64,000 bases of DNA from Thalia democratica (Eukaryota), in NCBI GenBank assembly GCA_965202585.1, contig OZ241830.1:67642001-67706000 (forward strand), given 5' to 3'. Under the pieces are notes generated by a model. It was given only the letters and a program-made list of their open reading frames with translations, was not told the origin of the DNA and made no database searches. The translations under genes were made by a program, and so were the position numbers. This document shows, in pieces, positions 35,985-50,400 of the stretch. Each line of letters starts with the position of its first letter. Position 1 is the stretch's first letter.

Positions 35985-37417
35985 TAAATTTGAAGTATTA
36001 ATTGAGTAGCTAAGTGCCAAATAATTGTATAAATTGTACAGAAATCTAAGACAAAATTCATTCAAAAACATCTTTATTAAAGCAACAAACAAGTAAAATC
36101 GATTTCGGCTAACGCTTTTCAATTACTTTAGTTAGCAACTAATTTTAAGATTAAATTTTGAGTATATAAATAGTTAGAGGTTACATCAGAAAAATCAATT
36201 AAGACTAATTAGCATAATTGAGCAAAAATTAATTAAACATTCACAATTCATAAATGCATATACAAAACAGTTTATCAGTAATTTAACTAAGATAAGCAAC
36301 ATTAAAAATAAAATAAAAATAAGCGACAAAATTCAAATAAAATCTATAACAACTTATAAAGGTTAGATTTATAAACGTATTGTTGCTTACACAAATTAGG
36401 TTTACATGTTTTTATAAATAGAGATTCTAAAACACTTAGGTGATAATCGTTACGAGCTTTTTTACTCTTTATTTTCGTAATCGTCTTTTTTTTTCGACTG
36501 ACTAACAACGGACGATTCATAGCAAAATGTTTTTATCATATTCGTTTAGATCAGAGTAGTACAAAGCTGTATGCAATAAAGAAGTTTAATATGACTAATA
36601 ATTTAATTTTGCATAAAAACATGATAAATCATAAGATACATTTTGTAGTAGAAATCAATTTAGAACATTTATAAATTGAATCATTCAAGTCAACTTAAAT
36701 ATCGCAAACAAGTTCAAACTCACTTAAGAACCAAAAATACCCTACAAACTTGTAACTTTTTAAAAAGGCTCTTACTAAACTATTATACAAAAAGATTCAT
36801 ATTTTTGATAGCAGATTGATAAAATAAAAAAAAAACTAAGAAGATAAAGTTTCAAAATTTATAATACAAAACTTTAAAAATTTTAATTATAATGTGTTCA
36901 AGGCTTGTAAATGCTTATATGGCATAAAAACCTACATTTTATGCAATAATTTATAAAAATAGTGTCTTATTTCTAGAAGTACAAATAGCATAAAGAAGAG
37001 TTACTCATTATTTTAAATCATTACTGGTTTATAATTACTTTTATTGTTTGAGACAGCAAACGAAGGAAAAATACAAATGGTTTTACTTCACACATTTTTA
37101 TCAGTTTAAATTTTTAGTATAAAAAAAACTAGGTAGCACAAAATTACAATTTCCTAAAACTTCAATTTTCTAAACGAAACTTCCAATAAAAAAAATAATT
37201 TTGAAAATCAACACATCTATAAAAAAGAGTGAAAATCTTAAGAGCTCTTCTGCAAGCTTATCGAAGGAAAAAAATCTAAAATAACTGAAGGTTTGTGCTT
37301 AACAACAAAATTTTTCAAACGGCTCTGATAAAAGTAGGAATAAAGTTCAACAAAAATTTACTAAAAAGGCATAAGCAGCAAAACTAAAACGGTCAATTGA
37401 AATTGAGACGTGCAGCA

Positions 37418-40400
37418 TCAAACGACGTTGTGTTTGAACAGCACGTAGTTGGCCATCGTGTGGTTGCCCGACTGCCGGTACATCAAGCTGAGGTTGAAGG
37501 CGATCTCGTGCCGGAGGTCGAAGCTGTCCTCGCACACCGCGTCGACCACATTGGCAGGTGGTCCGCACTTCAACGCGTCCTCGTACATGTGCACCGCAAA
37601 GTGGTTCAGCCCGATCTGGTGGAGGGCGCGCCCGATGTTGTACAGCGACTCCTGCTTGTTGTTCCGCAGCTGCCATAACATTATACAGGTTTGTTCAAGT
37701 TTTATTTGAAATATCATGCCAACTGGCCTTTTCAGTTTATATTAAATAACATCATTACTTGAACGAAGGATATTTTGTTACTCATTCAAACAGAAGCTGA
37801 CTCATGATTTTTTATAAAATTTTAAGTTATTTTATATGTTTATTGTTATTTAATGCACGAAGTTAGATTTATGTTTGTTTATATCCGAATGAAATAAGTG
37901 CGGGTTAAAAACTGAATTACGAAAAACCTTTATATAGCTTTTAATAATCTTTAATAGTTAACCTAACAATGAAATATTACAAACAACTTTATTTCATTAA
38001 TTTCAAAAACGTCAGCTTTTAGACTTTATCAAAACAAATATTCTAGCAAAAAAACTAAACATTACCATAGAGGATCTTCAACGTAATAAACAATCTTTCA
38101 AAATAATCAAACCTGGCAATACTTGGCAAGGAGTGCGAAGGCTTGCGCGACATAAGTATGCTTGTTACCGCAAGTTTTCTGCGTGAGTATGTGGCAGTAG
38201 CAAATTCCCACTATCAAATGCAGTTCCGGATTTTCTTGCTCCTGCAAGTATTCTTGTTATTTATCAGATAAGTTTATTCGTTAGCACTGACCAAAGTTGG
38301 TTTAAAAAAGCTACGTACATTTTTTGAATGAATCTAAAGACATTTTTTAACTCTAAAAGTCTTACTTTAACTTACACATTCACTTCTTTAAAACATTACA
38401 AAAGATACTATAAGAGTTTCAAAAATTTATGAATTTTGGATATAAGTAACAGAACGAGCTTTAAAAACTATATACTTTTGGTTTTTCTCAGAAAGGGATT
38501 GAAATTGTTAATAACGTTTAGTTTGCTTATAATTACTTTTTAAAACTTTACTTGGTTTTTAATAAAATATATTAGTGAAGTTTTATTATGTACTATTCTA
38601 TTTTTAATAACTAAAGTTTTTCAAAAACCAATAAAGTACAGATACATCTACAAAAAATTGTCAAACTTCTTCTAGTAGTTCGATGTAATAATTAAGTGCA
38701 GGTCTGAAGTTATTAGATGCAATATCTCCATGAGCGAACATGCTTTGAAGCGGGTAAACTTTCTTATCTTGTACCTGTAATTGTACACTTGCTTTTCGTG
38801 AATGCTTTTAAAAAGAAAACAGATTAACCACTTTGTTTTGCTAGTAACTAACTTTGAAAATAACACAAAAATAACTTATCATTATTGCGAAAAACTTTAA
38901 TTTACTCTGCAATTAAAAAGTGGTAAACTTAACTAGTCATTAAAATAATGCTTTACATTAGCACAAAACAAAAAAGGTCAACATAAGTTTACTTAATATG
39001 CAGCGCATTATTGTTGTAAAAACAATAACTATTGGAATAAAATAATAGATAACCAATACTGGGATATAGACAGTATTCAATAAACAGGTGTTTTTTATCT
39101 TAGTTAAAAAAACTTTAAACGCAAAATTTTCTGCCTTGCAATTAATAATACTTTTCTGCAAATTTTTTTGACACAATACTGACCACCATGATTCTGTGGA
39201 GAAACCTGTGAGTGTTTTTGAGAACCTTCTGACTGTGAGACATCCTGGTGACCACCTGATTGAATATGTTCCACACGTGGTTCTGCACCGATGACTGGTC
39301 CTCCTTCTTCGATAAGATCACCTTCCTTCAATTGATATACAACAGGTTTGTATGGAAACAATGCACAGTAAGACAGTGTCTGTATAAATGAGGTTAGAAT
39401 TTTAAACTTATATTTATAAAAAAAACACAGTCTTTATTTTGGATACCATATATAAAAGCAAAAAAAGTTTTAATACAGTTTATAATCTAAAAAATATATA
39501 TTAAAATCAAAAATTAGCTGAAAATACTGCTTGATAAGTTTATTTATGTTTGTAAAATTAAAAGTTAATAAAAATGCCGCAAAGTATTCATTATATCAAT
39601 AAACAACACAAATAACTTGATTCAAACAAACTTGAGTATTTTGTAGGCGTAATAGTACCACCCGCTCAACAGGCTGAATCTGAACAAAATAACTTCCAGC
39701 TTGCTTCTTGAAATTTTCGCGCGCGAAAAGAAGTTTTTCTCCTTCATAACGTGGTCGCTTATCAAACAGGCCTCCTTGTATCTTTTGCACGTGTTGAGCA
39801 GGTTCAGCAACTCCTTGATTGATAAGGTTGATTATATTGGTGGAGTCTTAGCTCGTAAAATTTTTTGTACTAAAGAAATAATATGCAGCAAAAAATTAAA
39901 ATACTTTGGAATATTAAGTTATAAACTATTTGTATTTAAGAAAGATTTTTTTTTGGTATGATTTAACCTTATGTTAAACTTATCTCACGGCATACGAAGG
40001 TCCAGGCTTAAGCTCTGTAGACTTTCGCTGATGTTTTTGTTAAGAAAGAATTGATATACTTTTAAATTTTTGTATAAACTTTGAATAAGTTTTTAGTAAA
40101 TATGGAGTGTTTATACTGTCATAAAATAACAAAAGGTTATGTTCTAAAACTATTCCTTATCATTTCCGAAGAAGCAAACCTTAACTTAGCCAAAAACATT
40201 TATAGAAGAAAGTTACTTATAATTTAATACTAACCGGAATGTGTTATAATTTTCAACTTAAATAAGTTTTTAATAATACAGTGCTTATTGACTTATCCGG
40301 GCATGTTTGGCAATTCTGTAAAGGTATACGGATAAGCATTTTTCCAGATAAGTACAAAATATTGTTTTTGTAAAATAACATAACTGCTGTAATTTATGTA

Positions 40401-43400
40401 ATGTAAAATAGATAATAATAGCTCAGCTCTTCTTTTTCTGCTTTAAATTTCTTACACTTTACTTTTCAAAATGTCGTGAAAAGTCGACTCGCCCATGCTA
40501 AAATGCTCTATTATAAAAGACTTTAAAACATTGTTTCCCATCTTTTTACAAACTTCTAGTTTATTTTTAAAGCTTATTGCAACTCGTGTTCTTTTTATTT
40601 TTGTAACTTGTCTATTTCTGAAACCTTGTATGTTGAGTATGTCAAACTTTTAACTTTTTGAAAATAAAAAAAAAATTATGCACCTCATCTTAAATAAATA
40701 TTGTTTCAATTAAGAACTTTTGATAGTTTGAATTAAAGACCAAACATAAAAAAACTTTATATATTAATTTTCTAAAAAACTAAAATTAAAAACACTATTT
40801 TTTAACACTGATTTACTTTACGTATAAAGGTTTCTAATAACTAAACTAGTTTTGAACAAAATTGAACTTAAGCTTTACTAGTATTATTACGTCATAGTTA
40901 TGTATTAAATTGCAGAACTTATAAAATCATTTAAAACTTTTCCACAGCATCAAAGTTTAAAAATCAGTATGTATTACACAAAAATGTTTGTGTTTAATAC
41001 TGAATTTATTTATTTATTTTCTTCTTGACTGAAATTTTCAATATAAGTGAGCGTCCGGATAAGTGAATAAGCATTGTACAACTAAACTATTTTTCAATTA
41101 AAAAAATAGACTCATATTTCAAACTCGCTTTCAAGTGTCAAAAGCAAAACTAAAAGAGTTTCAAATACACTAGCGTTCTAAAACACACCAATGAAACTTT
41201 ATCAAAACAAACCTTGTAAAAGTCGATCCACTGCCTCTGCTTGAAGACCTGCCAGTCGGCTTTCAGGTACAATTCCTCGTCAATCCTCTGCTTGCCCGCC
41301 CTCTTGCAAGTCACTTTGATCTCGCCTGCGAACGGGTTGGTTGTTTTCCTACTTCGCTTCACTATTGACAGCTGAAAAATTTGAACGTTGAACCAGTTTA
41401 TTTGTATCTATTTCAAAAGTTATTAAGTGCCCAGACAGTATGAGAAAATTAAAGTTTGATATTTCGGTAAAAACCTTGTAAATAATATATTTTTTGTTTA
41501 CACAATGTAAAGTGAGAAATGAAGAATCAGCATAATATGTAGAAGAATAAAATAAGTAATTTTTTTAAGAACAGAATTAACAGATAAAAAAAATAAAACT
41601 TGCATTCAGTAAGGTCGTCAAAGATTTTTAGACAAAATTTTCCACGTTTTCTAAACTTATTCCAGGTTTTTTAAATAGCAATATTTTGGTTTCTTTTGGT
41701 ATAAAAGTAAATTTAAGGTAAAAAACTGATTTAGAATGTATATCAACATTGAAAAGACACTGTAAATCTACTTAATATATGTTGAAAAAATTTATTATTA
41801 TTTTCTTTTTCTATATGATAGATGTTTGATATATAATCGAAATTTCATTTCTTTACATGTAAAGTTTCTTTAAAATTCCAGATTTTTTAGTGATTTTTGT
41901 TCGAAATTCCAGATTTTCCAGGCTTTTCCCAGATTTCTCAAATTCCAGGTTTTTTCTTACAAAATTGTCAAATGTCATGTTTTTTAACAACTCCGATACG
42001 AAAATAACCAAACAAAGTACTTTTATATTTATTGGAAAACAAGAAAACTGTCTGTACTAAGCAGAAAAAGTACTAACTGAAATTAACCTCAGTTTTGAAA
42101 GTACTTTTCAGTCTGTTGGCGAACATAATCAATACAACATCCGCTGCAGCTGCTAGCTTCTTTCTGTGATTAATCATGTTTATTAGCATTAAGGGTATAA
42201 GTTAGTTAAGAATTAATAAACATTTTTTTATTTCCAGTGACTTTTTTTTAAATAGTCTAACAGTTGGTATTAGTGATCTATCGTATCCTAATTTTGTGAA
42301 TCGGTTTAAGCACTTATAATCGAGCAAAATATTTCTTTAATTTAAAATTTGCTTTAAAGCAGTGTTTCTAACAATATATGTGTTAAAACTCCATGTTTTC
42401 ATAATTGGTTATAAAACTTCGGTGCAATTTTTATTATTAAGAAAAATAATCTACAAAAAATACACATTTTTGAAAACATTTTAACTTAATAATTTAACCA
42501 CAATAAAATAATCTACTGTAAAAAGTATTAATAATACAATTACAAAACAACTAATGTTTGGTTTTTTTTCTATAGTTTCTACACATTAAGCGTTTCATCA
42601 GAACAATAACAGAGTTAACATAAACCTTTTTTTAAAAATCAAAAAAGTTCACATTATGACGTTTCAAATAATTTTAAACAACTTCATTTGGCTAATGTTA
42701 TAAACAACTTCTGTACAAACTTATTTGTTCTTTTAAAATACTTATTTTGGTTGTCAAAGACAGTTATTTTCAACATTAGCCAACTAAAACTATTCCAATT
42801 CATTTGAAACGTCATAATGTGTATTTTTTTGATCCTTAAAAAAAAGATGCTAACCTTTTTATTGTTTTGATGAAACTACAGTAAACAAACCAAACATTAA
42901 TTTTTTTTTTGTATTATTAATATTAATCTCTGCTTTCGTATCAAAAGATTTGGCATTTATCGAATAAAAAAACAGCTCCAAATACTGTTTTAAGTACATA
43001 AGTAATCTTCTTAAAACTATCTTTTCCTCATCTAGATTTTATTATACAAACTTATTAATAATTTTTAACTTTGCTAAAGCTAAACAGAACGTAAGGAAAA
43101 CATTAGACTTCAAATTAGGGTTTCATTATAAAAAAAATACTATTGAACTTTAAATAGCTAACGATTAATTGATGAATTCTGAAATTCTATTTAAGCTGAT
43201 AAAAGTGTTCTTGTAGCTCGAAACGGCACAGCTTGTCTTCTTAAACATAAAAACAAGCGCGCTAACTTAACATTCAACAAATAACAAACTTTTTATTGGG
43301 ATGCTGGCCCCACTTTTTGAAAACTTGGAACCTGCAATTCAGCAGCCTCATCTGGTCTTTCGGTGAAATTTCATTTTCATTCTCCTCTTTCTCGGCTCCA

Positions 43401-43776
43401 TCTAGTGTCTAAAGTATTATCAAAAAATTAGACACTTTACAAAATCTTGAAAACTTTCAAACAAAAGCAGACTAATTAAACAAGCAAAACACCTCGATGG
43501 CGACGCGGTATTCCCCGGTGTCGAGCAAGATGGCGGCCAGCTCCAGCCTGATGTCGACCGAGTCCTCCGCCGATATCTGCAGGCACTTGAAAAAATTCTC
43601 CTTGGCGCTCTTGTAGTCGTTGAGCTTCAGCAGCGACATGCCCTTCAGCTTGAACAGCTCCTTGCTGGTGGAAAAATGCGCGAAGTGGTGCACTTCCAAT
43701 TCCTCGATCAACCGCAACGATTCGACGTACTGGCCCGCTTCGAAGCACGCCACGCAAACACTTATCTGCACGTCCG
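37418..43776 (-). CDS. GTF3C3: GTF3C3 C-terminal half, copy 2; nine exons
   Basis: Exons 43776-43493, 43408-43290, 42163-42088, 41371-41213, 39813-39632, 39325-39184, 38774-38667, 38241-38113 and 37669-37418. Same lengths and phases as copy 1, with no stops or indels. Confidence 0.92.
40279..41076 (-). mobile_element. pogo/Tigger deletion derivative, copy 2
   Basis: TA-CAGTGCTTATTGACTTATCCGG ... CCGGATAAGTGAATAAGCATTG-TA; HTH remnant frameshifted. Confidence 0.85.
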
Positions 43777-45093
43777 CTGTTTGTCAGGAACTTGTTAAGC
43801 AGGGTTGCCAAATGATTTTGGCAAGTTTTCTTCAGGTTTTCAAAATTTCTTCCAGGTTTCTAAAATTAGACGTTTTACGGTCTATTTTCAGTTTTTAAAT
43901 TAAGTTTAAGGTAAAAAACTGTGCCTAATAGTATAACAACATTGAAAAGATTTCTAAAAGCTTCTTTAAATTTGTTTTTTTATTAAAAAAAATTTGAAGA
44001 TGACAAAAATGTTTATTTATAAGATAGATTATTTATTTGCAATTAAAACTTTACTACTTGACATTTAAAAGTTGTTTAAAATACCATACTTTTCAGGTAT
44101 TTTTAGTGATTTTTACTCAAAATACCAGGTTTTTTTCAAAATTACTCTAATTCAAGGATTTTTCTTTTTTTTTTTACCTTGAATTTTCAAATTACAAATT
44201 TTTCCTGGATTCGAGGTTTTTTGGTAACCTTAAAAAAGACATAACTTAACCCTCATATCTTTTAGTATATTAGTTAAACTAAAAAATCTTAACTTTGCAG
44301 GTATTTTTTTACCTTTATATATATAATTATGTATACAATATTAACAACTAGTTTTTTTTTTTGCTTAATTTTAAATAGCACTATTTTTAATTTTAAATAG
44401 GCCACATAAAAAATTCAAAGTAAATTTTGAGATAAAAGCCAACAAAGTTGGTGAGCTCAGTAAGTTCCTTAAAGAAAGAGCAAACCAATAACGCAAAAAA
44501 AAAAGACTGTTTCACTAAAAATCTATCTTCTCCTTAAAATACATTCTACTTTTTTACAGAAAGTCCATTATCAATATTTAAATATTTTTTAAATACAAAA
44601 ATATTTTCATTAAAAAAAAATATTTTTAATATTTTAAAAATTTCAACATTCAAAGTCTTAAAACTATAATAGGAACTATTCCTAAAAAATTTTGAGTCTT
44701 AAATTTTACAAATGAAATAAAAAAAGATAGATATTTTGTGATTTTAAAAATTCTGAGAAAATTGACAATGAAAAATTTGTAACTTTTTACAAAAAATAAA
44801 ACATCTCAAAATTCTATAATTTTTTACAAAAAATAAAACATCTCAAAATTCTATAACTTTTTACAAAAAATAAAACATCTCAAAATTAAAATAAATTTTT
44901 ATAATATCAAACAGTGGACTCATAACATGAAAAAGTAAAAATTAAGTTTTTGGAATTTTTCTTTGAAAATTTGTAGGTAGAAAGTCAAGGTTTTAAACTA
45001 AACTGTAAAAAGAACTATATATATATAACAACATTACTAACATTTTTTTAACATCTCTATCTACTTTAAGGTTTTTTTTCGCTAATAAGTTAA

Positions 45094-45771
45094 GGGCATA
45101 GGGGTGTCCGACATTTTTTTTTACAAAAATAACATTGGACCTTATATGAAAGCTTAAAGTACAAACAACAAGCCAGTTTTTATAGAATTAAAAAAAATTA
45201 TTTAACTTTTGTGATATTCTAATTTTCATAAAAAGTTTCCAATACAAATGAAAAATTGAAAGTTTTTCTAAGTCAATTTTCTTGGAAATTTAAAACATCA
45301 CTAAAAACGTATCTTCTCCTTCATTTTTTGCGATAGAGACCATAAATTTTCAGGAAACGTTCCTTTTGTAGTTTAAAAAAATTTAAAGTTGGAGTTTTTA
45401 AAATATTAAAAAAATAACTTTAGATAAGAATAAAACAGAAAAAAATAGGTGGTTTTTTTTTTTAATAAAAATTTTATATTTCAAAATTAAAAATCTTTTT
45501 AAAATTTAATAATACACTTTTTTAGAAAATTTGAAGAACATTGCTTTAAAAATGAAGGAGGAGATAGATTTTAAGTGAAATGGTCTTTTTTTGTGTTTTT
45601 AGTTTGCGCCTTTCATTAGAAACCTATTGATGTCACTGAATTTGACTGCTCTTATTTTTTAAAATACTTTGAATTTTTTCAAACTGTTAAATTAAAAATG
45701 TCTGATAGCTCGGATAAAACTCTATAAAATAAGATCAACTTGTAAAAATCAAGGAGGACCCCCCTATGCCC
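45094..45771. mobile_element. TTAA-flanked MITE, copy 2
   Basis: Same TIRs; TTAA at 45090-45093 and 45772-45775. Confidence 0.85.
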
Positions 45772-47387
45772 TTAAGCTTATTGTATAAGTTAAGAATATT
45801 TCATATTCTTGTAATAATTCATAAAACTTCGAAAAAGTTGAAAAACAATAGTATCAAGTAGGGATGGGAAATGTATGACCTGTAGAACAAATCTGTTAGC
45901 AAACAGAAATATGTGGCTGTGAAGTATTTTTAGCTTTGCAGAAAACAAATAAAATTAAGCTCTTACTAACAATAACTATACAATTTTCTTTTAATTTATT
46001 TTTAGTACACAGTTGTTTTTAATGAACCAGTAATTTAAACAATTAGTTTCAAACATTTTTTTTTCTTTGTGGTTGTAAAAATATTCAAAACTACATAGCC
46101 CACTAAAACTGCTTTTTAAAAAGTCTAGCCAAAGAGAGAATTTTTTAAGTAAATTTGTTCTAATAACTAAAAAAGTTTTCCACCCTTATTACAACAGTAC
46201 AAAACTTTCTTAGACAAAAATGTAGTATTTGTGCAAACCAACTATGATACATAAAAACAATGATAATATTTATTTGACAAAACAAAACCAACTTGTTTTC
46301 ATAGGAAGTAGAACACATCTGGTTGTATTCTTGCTGCACAGCATAAGTGTATGTGGAGCTGACAGGCTTCAATTCCAGGCTGACTTCTGTTGAGTGTGGC
46401 TCCTCTGCTTGTGAAACATCCATTTGTTCTTCACCTTCTTATTGATATTAATTTATTAGATAAGTTTACTAACTATTCTTAAATTGCATTAGTAAAACAT
46501 TTACTATATACATTAGTATTTGTGTATATTGTTTTATTAAAACAACAATGATCAAATATAAAAAAATGTTTTTTCTAAATATTTAAACTGTAGTAGAGAA
46601 TTTCTGTACAGTATTTTTCTCTGAATACTGACCACCAAAACTGTCAAATTTTGTTATTAAAACCAAGTGCATGCAGTTTTTGAAACAATAGTTCTAAGTG
46701 TACCTCTAATATATAAATACTTTAAATTATCAAAAATGTGTATTTGCTTTATTAAGAAGAATCTAAAAAATAATTGCAAACAAAAGGTATGCCGGCCAAA
46801 AAATTAGTTACCCCAAAATCACATATTTTTCATCTTAAACAGTAATAAAATCACTTATACATGTTCTAGACATATAATTTATATCTTAAATGAAAGCTTA
46901 TACTTATTGATATAGATTAAAAGACATATTAACTGCTTTTGATGTGTTATGACATCATAACCACCTTAAATATACAAACTTTGTCTGTAAAATAATGATT
47001 TTTGGAATATTGAAAAGCATAGCTGGTTAGTGATTTTAATTAGAAAAAATATTGTAAAAAATAAATTTTTGGGTATATTTACTTACCTTCAAAAGTTTAG
47101 GTGGTGTGCATGTCAATGGGATATTTGATGACAAAGTTCATTTAGCTTTAAGTGTTTAAATAACCCTTAAATAATTATTCAATTAGCATTAGAACAAATT
47201 AATGAGATGTTAAAAAGTTATGATTTATTATAGGCAAGTTAATGTTGTATGGCATTAAACATTAAATTAATGATTGCAAAATAAAAACTTTACAAAAAAA
47301 ATAAAGAACATTGCAAAATAAAACAAAAAATGTATCATTTTGTATTAACACTTAACATTGTTGCAAATTACTGATACTTTTAGAAGT

Positions 47388-47401
47388 TTATTATTATTAA
47401 C

Positions 47402-47450
<49 letters not shown>
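47388..47450. repeat. (TTA)n microsatellite
   Basis: About 21 TTA units with one interruption; absent from unit 1. Confidence 0.95.
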
Positions 47451-47451
<1 letters not shown>

Positions 47452-50400
47452 GTTATTTTTCAAACTCATTCATGAATATTTTGATAAGTGTGTCTTTATT
47501 TAGCATTCACTCACTATGCACAAAATGGTTTTTTTATTTTCTACCTGCTTATACCAATGACTACAAAAATTGTATAGTTTTGGCAAATATGGCAAAACGA
47601 TTCAAATTAAATAATAACTAAAATGATTTTGCAAAAGTTAAATTTAATGCTATTACCTGATGAGATAAAGGTAAATAAAATAAATCTTGTACAAATTGTT
47701 AAGTAATAAACATATTTAAAACAAAAAGAAAACAATTTTGTAAAATTAAGAGTTAAACGCTTAATTTATATGTCTTTATAAAGTTGTCAATGTAATTTAT
47801 ATGAGCTTAATGAATTACTGTAGCTTAAATATTAAACAATATGTTAAACCAGTTATCGCCAATGTAGTAAAAAAGGTAGAAACTACGAAAAACTTTAAAA
47901 TAGAATGAAGAATAAGAATGAAATTAAAACAGTTTATTTTTTACAAAAAAAAATTTAAGGTTTAACATTATGTAAAATAAAAAGCATTTTATGTTCGAAA
48001 AAGCTAAAAACAACCCTGCCATGCTAAGATAGTGTTTCAATTTGTAGTTTTTATGAATTCTCTAAAGTCTTACATTTTAATGTGACATCACAATAAAATA
48101 GTACTTTGCAAAATATTTTTTTCAATGAATATTCTTTTGAGAAAAGCACTTGTAGTAAAAACACCTTAGATGCTGTAGGTGTAAAGTAACTCTCTTTTTT
48201 TTTCTTTTTTTTACTGTTTATGTGAGCTTTGTACAATACTTAAGCAAACTCTATTTGATTTTCAATATTTTTGAAGATAAAACTTGATGATTGTTGCTCA
48301 TTTTATCTTCTAAAACTCTTATATTTCTACATTGTGTGAGTAAGTTTAAGAAAGCATTTGACCTAGTTTGGCATTCAACAGTCTTGAAAGTTTATGTTGA
48401 TAATTTATATTATTATTCTCATGCAATACCTTTGAAGAAATTCTTTATTTAATCTTCTAGTTCATTAAAGAATCATATATCTTTTTTCATAAAAGTGTGA
48501 TAAGTTTTTATACTTACAAGTATGGCATGTACAGACAAGATCAATTGGCTTGAATGCACTTACTTGATGCAAAAAATCATCAAGAGGCTTTAAAAACTTG
48601 CATATCAGTCTTTAAAATCTTTGAAACATCATTATAAAGTGAAATAAGTAAAGAAAAATTCAAAATAATTGTTATATTTCTATATTTTGTGAGTAATTTT
48701 AAGAAGGTATTTGACCTAGTTTGGCAACCAACAGTCTTGAAATTTATGCTGATAATCTATATTATTTTTCTCATGCAAAACCTTTGAAAAAATCATTGTT
48801 TTATCTTCTAATTCATCACACAATGCATATATCTTTATTCATAAAAGGTGTGACAAGTTTTTATACTACAAGCATGACATGTTCAGACAAGATCAATTAG
48901 TTTGAATGCACTTACATGATGCATCAAAAAAACCATCAAGAGGCTTTAAAAACTTGCATCTCAGTCTTTGAAATCTTTCAAACATCATTGTAAAGTGAAC
49001 TGAGCAGAGAAAAATTCAAAAGAATTCTTATGAAAAATCTTTTGAGCCTCTGTAAAATTTTTAATCTTCTAGCATTTTCAAAGGTCTTTATAAGTTGTAA
49101 CTTTGGCTTTCTCCTACATCTTAAGATTAGGCAATGGATCACACTTTTTTGGATTCTGATTAAAGATGAGTACCTACTACAGCAGCTGTTGAGGTTAGTT
49201 TGTTTAATATAGTTAATTAGATTGTTTTAATTTGTGCAAAACTTAGTATTTATTGCAAGGGTTACCAGTAATACTAGTTGAATATTCAGTAACAAAGTTA
49301 AGGTTTTTTGGATATTTACAATAAATCTTGATATTTTGTCTTAAAGTTTTAGATTTTCTATTTATTAATTGTTGAGTCCTTTTGTTACTTTTAAATTTTT
49401 TGAGTTTTCATGCTTGAATAACATTAAGCTTTAGATGTTAATTAAGTTTTGCACAAATTCATATTAGCTATTCATAGAGTTGTATCCTTGGTTTATAAAC
49501 ATATATTTGTTTTGTTGGGCTTCATTCTCCTAACATTACTAGGCTATTTAAATTAAGAGAAAACTTAAATAAGACTCAAAAATAAATAAAATCACTTAAA
49601 AGTAGCAACATTTGTGCTAAACTTTATATGCTTGTATAAAGAAGTTTTTTATTCATGAATGAAGCCCAAAGAGACAGCAAGCTAATCTAAGTGTAGAAGT
49701 TTATTTACAACATAAAAATTAAGTTGGTTAGTTCTGATTGTGTTAATGTAGTTTATATATCTATAAATTAATGATTTGTAATAAGAGTTACTTAAAGTGT
49801 GCATATAGACAAGTAGGAAGAGTAGTTATAAAACAAAAATGTCATTAGTTTCAAAACTGTTTTAATTGTTATAAAGTTTTATTTATTCATTTTTTTTAAC
49901 AAAAGAAAACAGTTAAACCATATCAGGATTAGGTTTGCTAAAAAACAAAATGTTCCAAAGTTTTAAGTTTACACTCATATATTTACAAAGCACTTCACAG
50001 CAAGCAAAAATTAAAGGTTATTAGTGTGTATTTGTATGAGGTTTATTCTCACCTTTGTTTAATTTTTCTCTTCTTCTATCACTAACTTCTTTCTGTTCTT
50101 TTATCTATCAATAATTTCTTTTGTTCATATGTTTGCACTAATAAGCATTTATCAACAACTTGCTGTATTGTTTTTTATGTATATGACAAATGTAAAGACT
50201 CAATTTAGGTAATAGTATAAATATACAGCCATAAAGATTTCAAATGATGCAAGTATTTGACAAACTTTGAAATGAACTACAGGCTAATAAACATATGTTA
50301 TTGACACAAAGTAGTATGGTTTAACTGTTTTAGTTTGTAACAATGTATTGAAGTGATAAGTTCAAAACATCAAACACCTTTAATTTGTATGCACACTTTA

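Noticed and set aside
47358-47621. 87-aa ORF with a poly-Ile run
   Set aside because: Produced by the (TTA)n microsatellite.
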